This document shows, piece after piece, positions 22,901-34,900 of a stretch of DNA of 64,000 nucleotides (position 1 is its first letter; each line of letters begins with the position of its first letter). Below the pieces are notes generated by a model. The model was not told the origin of the DNA, ran no database searches, and saw only the letters and a program-made list of their open reading frames with translations. Where the stretch lies: the NCBI GenBank assembly GCA_977016875.1, contig CDRNST010000060.1, positions 6,262,001-6,326,000 on the forward strand. The letters run 5' to 3'. The DNA comes from Pavona decussata. Its lineage: Eukaryota. Made by a program: the position numbers and the translations under genes.

Positions 22901-25900
22901 CCTAACATGCATTAAAAAAACTCACCTAGTATGCTTGCCTCATAGTTATTTCCCGTACTCCTACCTTTTAATATGAAAAAAGTCGCTAGCCTTTTTGCCT
23001 CGTTTCCAATAATTCTGACATTGTAAGAAACCCATGTTATGGTCAGTTTGGTGAACATGGCATGCTATTTTATGAATAAAGGGGTTAGTTCAGTTCTAGA
23101 GAAACTGCTTCGTCGATGTGGGAGTAGAAACATATATTTGGTTTCATGAACTGAATTGATAAACCAATCTGTCCATCGTTAAGAGATTAGAGTGCTGACC
23201 GGTTTCGTACGTTAGGTCCTTGCTAGGACGAATCGATCGAAACGTCAGCACTGGAATCTCTTTACGGTGGCCAAATTATCTTATCAACTTAGTTGATAAA
23301 ACCAAATATTAACTGATTGAAAAAATATGCAGCCCAGTTTGCAGTGTCATCTTCTTACCAACTTGTCAAGTTTATAAGTTGATAAATATCTGTTGTAATT
23401 ATTAAGAGGCCTGATTTTTTGCAAGAAACCAATGCAAAAACGACAAGAACAACAACAAATAATCAACAAACAAACCAAAAAGAATTCAAATCAACTAATA
23501 ACATTGTTTTTTCCACAGAGTTCCATTTTGTGGCTTGGATTACCATATCGAACTCTCGTTTCACATTGGCGTATGCTGACAACAGGAGTGAAGCTTATTT
23601 GGCTTTGGAAAAAGAAATTATTGTTGAGGTACAAATGTAACGATACATCCCCAGACCATGCTTGATAACCCGCAAAAGAGACGGCTTTAAATCACATCTC
23701 CTTACTCCTTTTCTTGTTCTTAAGCTCAAAAAATAAAACAAAATTAACCTTGAACGAGGCAAGAAAGGCTAATTTAAATGCAAACAAAATAATGTCAAAT
23801 ATTCTTCATTTTGGAATAAGATTTATATAACTTCAGTTCATCACTTTTCAAATTTCAGCTCTCTATTTACAAAGCGTCAGCTACGGTGTTTCTATTTTAC
23901 CAATCCCGACAGCTGGACCAATCCTGACAGCACTCTAAGTACCAGGTGTCTCGTCTCCTTTTGATTTTCTCTTATTCCATAACACCCAGTGACGTCATAC
24001 GGCTTGCACAGAGTTCCCGCTGGTTTAAAAATTAATTTATACTGTATTTGCTGTCAGCGAGACTTGTTCGTTAACGTTGTTTGTCTAGGGCTAGACAAGA
24101 AGAAATCAAGAGGGTTTTTACAATAACTGTCAAAATTCCCTATAAGAGTGCAGACGTCATATTTCCCGCGCGGGGTTTCTCAACGGAAAAGAAAGCTAAT
24201 TCAGCTCGTACTTTATCCATGTTATTGTAAAGAACAAATCGACGGCAATTTCTATGCTCTATGCTCTTTTATACCATAAAATGACGATTTAAAATGTACA
24301 AAACTTGGTAGTGAAACCACTTGAGCTTTGAACATATGGTGTTTAGCATACCTCAGTGACCGACTATCGCGTAACGCGCAATCTGATTGGCTACACAGGT
24401 GCCGTCTGTCGATCGATAGACGGCAGTTTGTCAGCGCACGCGCGATTTAGCATGCATCATTGCACAAATATATCAAAATTTATGAAATAAAAATATTCTT
24501 TTGCTTCATAGATCGATCACTGAGGTATGTTAAAACAATTAGACGGCTCGCTCTCGGTTTCTATCGCCTTTGATAGTTGGCTCGGGGCTTCGCCCCTCGC
24601 CAACTATCAGCCGATAGCAACCTCAAGCTCGCCGTCTAATTGTTAAATAGACCATAGAAAACTGCCGTTGATTTGTTAATATTATATGGAATGTTTGATT
24701 CATTCGTTTAATGATACATTTGAGACGTTTTATCTTTTCTTATCCAGGTGACGGACTTAATGGGTCTAGTTCCTGGATTTCTTTATGCTGACTTGCGCAC
24801 ATTTAGGTAAATTAAGAATTTGAAAATGATTTGACGCAGTTTATCATCAACAGGATGAAAGACACATGAAAACACCAGTCAATTTGTTAGATGTAAAAGT
24901 AAGACTTGATGGTCGAAGAAGTGAGAGTCATCGGTGTACCGACGTGTAACCCTACGATAATAAAGCACTGATCACAGAATGGGTACGACGAAGTTCATTT
25001 TGATTGCCAAGGACAAGTTACAGCGAGGAATAATACAGAAGAAGTACGAAGATCATAAAATTAAATAGGCAACGAAGGCTAAAGAAACTAGAAAAGAGTA
25101 TTTATTTAGGTTTCCTCGTCATTCATCACATGTTCTCAAGTTAAAGCATGGATTTAGTGGACGAGTTTATTCATTCAGCTCTTTGAATGTTGAGATACTG
25201 CTTGAAAGATCGCTTGAAAGTGGCAATATTAGGCGAACTGATAAGGTCATAGGTAACGAATTCCAGGTCTTGGGACCCTGGTGGAGAATTGTTAATTGTT
25301 TTATTTTGGTTCTACAGTGGGTAGCAATATTTTTCCTAGTTCGAATCCACTAAAAAAACAAACAAACAAACAAACAAACAAACAAAAAAAAAACAGATTG
25401 CTGCAGATTCACTGATCACCAGCTACAGATTAGATTCGCACATCTGTCTATAGCCGACAGGTCATTTTGTTTATGTGTTTAGTCCACAGATGTTTGCGTC
25501 CAAGCTGATTATGGCCGCAGAGATCAAGATTTATTGCATACAGTCAAAGAAGAATGATGTAGCCGAACAACTTAAAAAAAGCATTCAGAATGGAGATTCC
25601 ACTGTTTTGGACGAATATCTCAATACAGAGGACCGCTGTAAGTAAAGAATATCGTGGGCTCATAGCACGTCGTTTACCGCGTGAGAACTGTAACCCTATA
25701 GGCTCGTTTTAACTATTAAAGCCTAACGCCACAAGTTTTATAGTTCCTCTTTGGGCGGCCATTTTTCTATCTAGCATATGTTTTATATTAATATAACTGA
25801 ATTTATTGACTATTGGAGTGAGGCTTATGAGAATTGTACGATGGCCTTTTAACCAAGAGAACCCATGGCTAACCAGCTTTGCTATCTCATTCAGTTTCAA

Positions 25901-28900
25901 GCTGAAGACATGGACTAGAATATTTCTAAGATAATTTAAGGGGTGAAAATTTACAAGGATGTTTCAGCTAAACGCAACCTTTTATCCCTTTTAGTTGATT
26001 GTATGTGCGACGTCCCCACAGTCGCGACGGAACTGAAAAAATCCTTGGATGAGGCTGCTGTTGTTTACACCAATAAACTGTTTTTTCTTCGAGCAACATT
26101 GCGAGACAACTGCAACACTCCTAGTGATTACAAACTTTACTGGGAGGTATGCAGATGTGACGAAGGCACTGGGATGTGTGACCCTGTAATTAAATATGGA
26201 GGTGCTTGGAAGCCAACCAAACCAAAACTGCTTTTTCCGAGACTGTTCCGTGGGACTGGCTACCTTTACATTCGATGTCTTTTCAAAACCAGTGCACAAG
26301 ACAAATTGGAAGTAAAGTCATACGGTTATGGATACCTCCGTCTTGTTTTACCACCGCTTGTACCAAGAATCATCGGCCCTTCTAGCGTGGTTAGAGGAAA
26401 TTACACCTTTGTTACGCTGGACGCTTCTGAAAGTTACGATCCCGATAGAAAGCCAATGAAAACAAAGGGAATGTCCATAAATTGGTTTTGCAAAGAAGAA
26501 AGCGATGACCACGAGGAACTGCCAAGGGCAGTGGAAGAACGTCCGGGATCGCTAGAACTTCTTCTTAATTTACAGAACTTAAAAGGAAACAGGAGTTACG
26601 TCTTCCAGCTTGTTATTCAGAAGGGAGATAGAACCGCACAAACGACTCACAAGCTTAGAGTTAACGAACCTTTTGTTTTCACTATTGGGTGAGTGGGGAA
26701 GAAATCATTGTTTTGTTTCTCAATTTTTGTTAATTCTAAATTCTCCCTATTCCATTCTCCTTAATACTTATGACGTAGACATGGCGTGCACTTGGTTTCT
26801 CTCTAGAGTTTGTCCATGCCACCCCTCTTAATTTTGTTTGTTTGTTTCTTGGTGCTGTTTTTGCTGTTTTACCGTAGTTGATGTATTTTTCAGTTTTTCA
26901 AGAAGTTGCGCCTCGCATGGGTCTTGCGTCCCGTTCGCAATGACCCAGTTGGTCTCGTTCACGTATTTTTGTATCTCTTGTTATTTTTTATTTTATCTAT
27001 GAATCTGTCAATCAATTTATTGATCTATGTTTTCATTTGTTTATTTTTCTGCTATGAACGTGTCCAATAAAGGTATTAAATACAGTACGATGGAAATTGC
27101 AAAATTGTGAAACTTTGCTCGGCGTCATTATACTTTCTTTTACTTGTTCGGCTTGTTATTCCTGCGATACACCTGAATGTTTGAATTGTTACGTAGGGTT
27201 AACCTCTTAATTCTCGTGCCCTCTTTGTACGTGTCCTGTAATATCTGCATCTTGAATAAAGTATGTATGTATGATAGTCTAATAGAGGAATGCTTGTAAC
27301 CTTTCTGCGTTTGTAGACCATTTTCAAGTTCCAATGTGGATATGCTTGTCATGGATCTTATATGGAATAACATCATTTAAAAATCGTCCCTCTGTGCGAT
27401 CTTCCATTGCAAGCTAGTATTTGCCTTTTAGTGTTGGTTCTAGCATTTCAAAATTATATATTCATTTCGCAGGTGCACCTCAAACTGTGGTTCCAAAGTA
27501 AGCGCTAACCAGCGGTTCACCTTAAAAACCTCGTGTTCAGGCCTGTTCTGCCACAAAATCTACAAATACAACTGGGTACTATTTCATCAAAAAACCTCTG
27601 GAGACAGGGACTGGGCAGAGGTACCAAACTTTGAGGAGAACATACTGACGGATATTGACAGTCCAAATTTGGTTATACCGAGCGACAAACAGATTTTGCA
27701 GGAAAGGAGTGAATATAAGATTCGAGCGGTTGTGACACTTGATAATGGATTTACGATCGCGGAGGAAATGGCGTTCGTAACCAACTCTCCTCCTCATGTT
27801 TCAGATGGGCGAAGTGGGTGCTCTGTGACTCCAAGTGAAGGGATTGTTCTTACTACGGAATTTAATATCAGTTGCTCAGGGTGGACGGACGATGATCTCC
27901 CATTAAATTATGAATTCAGGTCAGTTATACTGATGCTATTTATGGTGAACCTGTTCCAACATTGTCTCAAACAAATACACTATCACTCACTCAGTCGCTT
28001 CCTGACTCCACTTTGTCGTAACATGTGACACAAATGGTCAAATGTCTCCCCCTTCCGCCACTGTATGTTACCTATCGGTTTCTGGCGACGTGGCATTCTG
28101 GTTCGCACCAAGGACAGCTTTCGGAACGAGGCTTGACTAGAAGAATTGATACTCCACCCGGATGGTTGGAGAGAGGATTCTAGTCTACCATCCCCTATAT
28201 AACTTTCCATAAAAGCGCTTAAAACAATGTCCTCCCAATTTGAGTCATTTAATTCGAGGCTTACGACTAGCCTCAGATCCCCCAAAACCAATCGATATCG
28301 AGCCACTGTCGGTAGTAAAATTATTTTGTTGTTGTTCAGATATCAGACTGGTTCAGGAATTTTGGTGATTAACAATGGACCTCCTTCAAGTGCCATCGCC
28401 CGACTGCCTCTTGGGAACATAACAGTTGAGGTTCGAATATCGGACTCACTGGGTGCCTCTATTGTACAGCAATTTCTAGTGCAGGTAATTATATCTCAAT
28501 AAGTCTTATGTTAGCTGGGCAGAGGTTTGCTAGTTCTCTGTGTTTTGCCTGATTGAGGTCCTGTCCGTTCTTTTTCCTATTTTCTAAGCCCTCCTGAATC
28601 ACTGTGAAAAATCAGTGACANNNNNNNNNNNNNNNNNNNNNNNNNNNNNNNNNNNNNNNNNNNNNNNNNNNNNNNNNNNNNNNNNNNNNNNNNNNNNNNN
28701 NNNNNNNNNNNNNNNNNNNNNNNNNNNNNNNNNNNNNNNNNNNNNNNNNNNNNNNNNNNNNNNNNNNNNNNNNNNNNNNNNNNNTAGGTGAAGCAGATAC
28801 CTGCACACGACATTTCTCAAGTTATAAAATCGTCTGCATCAGAAGGGGACAGCCAGCTTAGCCAACTTGTCAACGGAGGAAAAGTCGACCAAGCGGCGCA

Positions 28901-31900
28901 AATGGCGTATTCTATCCTAACCGCTGTAGAGGAAGCTGATGTAGACACTAACAACAAGCGAGAGGTGTGTTTATTGTTATCTTATTTTAAGTTTTATTTT
29001 GTCAGAGTCCCTTGGGTTGCTATGTCACCACATGCAAACCAAGCAGTTTCCCTTGAGCAGCTATAACCCGAGACGCTTTGCCGGTACACCCGGAAGTAGA
29101 GCGAAGCAATGTAGAGCATGTCCAACTTAAGTGTGGTGTCAGTGTGATCAGCACTGTCTTGAATTCATCCAGGCTTGTTGTCCTTCAGAAAAGAAATTTG
29201 AGTTGCCAGGAATAAAGTGCAAAACCTCGACTGGATTTGAACCCATGACCTCTTGGCCGATTATCACTAATGCTGATTTAAGTGTAAAAACAACCCCTAA
29301 GTTTGAAAGAGTTAATTATGTTTCGAAAAATTGCCACTAGGCTCTGGATATCATTCTAGTGTTGAAAACAAAAATTAAATTTAGGTAGATGGTAAAAATA
29401 AGGATCACCCCAAATCCTCGTTCACACTGTTGAAAACACTACAATGTAGGGCAAAGTTTATTCTCTAGGGATTGACAAAAGAGGTTTCGAACCTGCTACT
29501 GTATCCATTTTATCGTGAACACTGATAAATAACTCAGGATAAGCAAAGTACTGGTAAATATTAAATTCACTGACTTATTTCATGCTTTGTTCAGTTGAAG
29601 AAAACCATACTGGAGCAGATAGCCACTGTGGAGGTCCAAAGCTTACAACAGGTCACTCAGTTGTCAGCGGTTGTTGTCATGGCAACCAAAGGAAATGAAG
29701 ACATCGCAGTGTCATCCCAGGTGTGACATATCTTCTACAACAATCATGTTTTTTCGTCTTCAGAGCAGTATTGGAAAGTTACATTGTTAAATAAGGATTT
29801 ATGCGATCGGTTTGTTCATTTCTCCTTCTAATTCGAAGTAAAACCAAATCGAACGTACCCTATTTAGTATTTTGAAGTCAGGGCTACTAACTACACTAAA
29901 GCTTAAATATCATGGTGTTTTTAATTTCCTGTTAATTTTAGAAAGATGTAGTCGGTCTTTTAGACAACATGACTGACTTCATAAGCTCTCAAGTCAGAAG
30001 CGAGGGAATGGATGTTGAGTTGGTTCAGGACGTCGGAGGGAGCCTCCTTCAAGGAATGTCTAATACGCTCAGCACTTCCGCTCCTCGAGCAGGAAAAGAT
30101 GCAGAAACAACCGATAGAAAGGACGAGGCACTGGATGGAGACGTCGAGGTAGAGAGAAAGCAGGTAAGACCACATTTGAACGAAGTCTTGGGCTGATAGC
30201 GAGTGAGGATTAACAGCTTTATTGACAACATCTAGCAAGGTCACTTCCAGAAGTTCTCAAATGTTTTAACTTGTTTCTCGCACAGAACAAACAAATCGCC
30301 AAGAAGACGCTTCATCTTATTAACCAACTAGGAACCAGTCTCCTGGCAACCAAGGTACTTGGTGAGAAACCAAGCGTATTTGCTACAGATAAGTTGTCAG
30401 TGACGATTGATCGACAGACGCCAGTCAAAATGTCCGGAAAGACGTTAGGAGGAAGAAAAGAAAGAGTCACATTACCATCTGCAGAGACCCTCTTCGGACC
30501 TGACTCTACAAAGCTGTCATCTGTGGACGCTCAGGTACGAACTCAAGCTGATATTTAAAACCATGTTTGTGGATTTCTTAGTTGCTTTCGATTTGAAGGC
30601 AGTACTTTGAGCTAAAAAAAAAAAAAAAACATGCAAAAACGTTTTAGTGCTCATTGTAAGGGTAATGTGTCTAACTTTCGCCATAAAGCCAATCTGAACG
30701 TTCAGTGGCCTTATTCCTGAAGGGCTTATAATCAGAAAAAAGTTTAATTCTGAGATTAAGGACTTAAGAATTTAGCAGCTCTGTTTTTTGGATTTTGTGA
30801 GACATATTGTAATGTTGTTCAATTGGTATTTCACTTTTATCCAAATCTTTTACGGTTGTATTTGGCATCCCTAACCTGTGTCAATCAGAAAAGCAAGAAT
30901 GCCCCGTAACGGTAATTTTCTTTGCGATTTGGTTACCCATCCGGTAGATTGCGGCATAAGTAATGTAAACTGACAGGTAACAACTGCAGATAAAAATTGA
31001 CAATGGCGTCATCATGACACCGAAACATGTTTTTTTATCGTTAGTTTTCAGTTGTATTTGCATTAGTAAATCGTCATGGATAAGTTATGTGTGAAACTGG
31101 TACCAAAGTCTGTGCGCCTAACTGTGCTCAGATACTAGGAATCGGAAAAAAAATAAAAAAAAAAATCACTTTATTTAAGTGTCAATGTATTTAGCACAGA
31201 GCACTAATTGGGGAAACTTTTCAATTGAATTGGAATTTAGAAGTGTTGGTTTTTGAGGAGAGGGGAAAACCGGAGTACCCGGGGAAAAACCTCTCGGAGT
31301 AAGGACGAGAACCAACAACAAACTCAACCCACATATGACGCCGAGTCCGGGAATCGAACCCGGGCCACATTGGTGGGAGGCGAGTGCTCTCACCACTGCG
31401 CCATCCCTGCTCCCCACAAGAAGACATAATGAAGACATAATGAATGCCACTCTTGAATTTTTAATGACAGATGACGTCTTTTAAGGAGAACCCGTACACT
31501 TGGGATGAGAGTGCCAAAGGTATCCAGTCGTCAGTGGTGGATTTTAGTTTAAAGAAAGAGGATGGAACTGCTCTTGAAGTCTCCAACCTCAAGGATCCTG
31601 TGGAATTATTCATACCTGTGACTCGACAACGCGAAAAGGGCGGAAACGCATCCGAGGAAAATTATTTTGCAAAACCAAGTAACGGCTCTAACAACCTACG
31701 ATATCACCGAATCAATATTCCGTCGGCGAATACCATCATCTTCTTTGAGATTAAGCCTGAACAGGGTGAGCTCTTGGAAATTTTTGTCAGAGCGCAAAAG
31801 AAGCCAACATCAAGTGAATACCAGTATAGAACAAGAGTTCCGGATTACTCGTCTTGTTCCGCGCACTCCAACAGCACTGGGTACCACAACTGCAGTAATA

Positions 31901-34900
31901 ACCCTTACGAGGTCACGATGTCCAGTGACATCACCGGCAAAACAGGACTTCACTATATTGGGATTATGTTTGCAGCAGACAAGAGCCCACAAACAAGTAG
32001 GCGGGTTGCTCGATCGTGTGGAGGGCACGGAGGCAGACAAAAGAGGTCTTGCATTGGCGTAAAAGATCCCCCAACCACCCCTCCCCCCACACCGATAATC
32101 GTTATTCCGCAGTATGACGAAAGTACTGACGTGAACTACACCATGTCTGTAACGGTGACGAGCTGTCTGTATTGGTCTGAGAAGAAGCAGTCATGGACTA
32201 ATGAAGGTTGCTCGGTAAGTTTTCTAAATTGCTCTTTACTATCCTGGGTCACTTGATTATCACCGGTATATCGATGGACAGGGTCAACTAGCGCTCAGAT
32301 GGCAAATTAGTCTCTTGATATTATTGAGGCGCGTCACTTCGGTCTGCTGTAACGTTTCTCTTGCGTGGCACAACAAACATAATCCAGAAGACTGTGGCCT
32401 TGAAAGTAAAAGGCCAGCGTACTTTATAAAGGCGAAATCGAAGGATATGGGAGGTCTGTATTGGGAAAAACTGTACCTGAGGTCTTGAGTACGGCCCTCG
32501 GTCGGCGGCCTCTGCCGTACTCAATACAGAGGACATAAATCACACAGCAAATCCGCCCGGGTTCGTGGACAAGATCGAAAAATTTCGCCCGCTGACGGAA
32601 CCAATCAGATTGCATGATTTACATAGTTCTGCCCGCTTGCGCACTAAGAAAAAATACAGAACGGTAACTTGGATATTACAAAGTAAGACTTACAAAGTAG
32701 AAGAGCGAAGGGCATTTCGTAAAATCAAATTGTGCCCCTATAGAGCAGCTCAAAACTTCTTATCGCTACAAGTTGCTATTGAATTTACCTGAAACAAGTT
32801 TAAACTTTTCTCTCTATACTAATGAGAAATTCAAGTAGTTCTAGCTGAGACAGAGCTGCATATGAAAGTGAAATGTTTCTACTTACTATTTTGTGATTTT
32901 AGATCGGACCTAAAACGAGATCTGGAAGTCTGCACTGTCTCTGTACACACCTCTCTGCATTTGGTGGGGATTTCTTTGTAGCGCCAAATCCAATCGATTT
33001 TGACAAAGTCTGGGAACAGTTTGGCAAACTGGGGGAAACTGGAAACTTCGTCGTGCTAGCGACCGTATGCTCTATATTTGGTGTATACGTCTTGGGACTG
33101 GTTCTCGCACGAAGAGTGGACAAGCTTGATGAACTGAAGGTGAAAAATTGGTTTTAATATTGCTACCTTATTAAGCAAGAGAGCATGTAATTAGTGTTTA
33201 CCAATAGGTAACAAAGCAGCTTTAATGTTGAGAGAATTTTTCATGACTGTACTAGTAATCTTGCCTAGGTTTATTGTAGTTTGAAGTCTGTCAGAAGTCG
33301 AGGAAGGAAGAAGTTGAATGACCTTGGCTACATATACCAGAAACCAGATGTCCAGAGCACATAGCTGCCTTGATAACCTGGTTTCATCATACGGGATGAC
33401 ATGGCCGGTCTAACGAAGCTGCGCTTGGTGTATCATTACTTCCATGCTTGTAGAACTGGCTCTGTAAAGGAGCATGTGTGAAGGGTTAGTGTGGCTACGG
33501 TACAGGGACCCGGTTCGCAGCCATAACAGCCTATGCTGCAAGATCTTGTACAGACAAGGGATTCATCGCTGGACTGAGATGGTGCTGCCATGTTTTTTGA
33601 AAGTATCAACGTTGTCCAGCTGTGTGCCATCGATTATTATCATGCAATCTATGGCGATGCTAGGTTAAGTTACCACATTGAACTAAAGTCATTAAAACAG
33701 CTTCAGATAAAATCGTTTGGGTTTTCAACCCTGTTCTGGGGATAATCTCACCCTGGATGTGAAGAGTCACATCCTGGGAATTGGGGCTAATTTTAAATAG
33801 GACAGTTGCCTAAACTCCATGAGGAAATCTGCCTTGTAACCCGACGTTTAGTTATAATACAGTTTACGACAGCAGTGTTCATGCTTTTCCCCCAGGACTT
33901 TGCACTGATGAAACCAGTTAATATTGTAAGAACAGAGTTATCAAAGAGGCTCGATTGATTCAGGTGTTTGCTTAATTCTCACCAGGTGGTAGGAAATGTG
34001 TACTTAAGTGATAATGATCACTCGACTGGGTGCGTCTACAAATTGCACGTGCAGAGTGGAATGTGGAAAAATCAAGGAACAACAGCGCATGTGGGAATTA
34101 CGTTATACGGTGAGGATGCCTGCAGTGGTCCAATCTCACTGTCAGATTCAAGCTCCCGAAGGATATTATTCGCTCGTGGTAGCGTGAATAGCTTTATCCT
34201 TTCATTACCCTACTCACTTGGCCGGCTGTTCAAGATACGTATCTGGCATGACAACAGTGGCGAAAGTCCAGCTTGGTTCTTACAACAAGTTGAGACAGAA
34301 GATTGTAGCACCGGAAACATTGGACACTTCATTGCCAACCGGTGGCTTGCACTTGAGAAAGGCTCTGGGAAAATCGAGTTTGAAATCAATGCTGCGGGAA
34401 AGAAGGAGCTTGCGAAGTTTAAGAATTTGTTTGTGTTTAGAACCGCGAGAAGCCTGGGTGATGGGCATTTGTGGCTTTCTGTGTTTACCAGGCCACCTCA
34501 TGTGTCATTCACTCGGTGCCAGCGGTTATCGTGTTGTCTATCAGTCTTGTTCACTGCCATGGTAACCAACTGCATGTTTTACAACTTCGGTGCAGCACCA
34601 CAAGACTCATTTCAAGTCGGGCCTTTGAAACTGAGCTGGACTCAAATTAAAATCGGTATCCAGAGCAGCCTGATCGCAATTCCGATTAACGTGTTGGTGG
34701 TGATGATCTTCAGAAACGCCAAGCAAAAATCACAGGAGAACGTGTACAAAGTAAGTGTAGAAGAAACTGAAGAGAAAGCACCGGGGTGCCTGCCGCACTT
34801 CTTTATTTACATCGGCTGGGCATTGTGTATTTTGACATCGCTAACTGCTGCAGCCTTCACAGTATTCTACAGCATGATGTGGGGTAAGGAAACATCGAAC

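Noticed and set aside
28621-28784. Exon hidden in the N gap
   Set aside because: Gene B LVQ|VKQI aligns directly with gene C NVK|VKDK, so no coding sequence appears to be missing.
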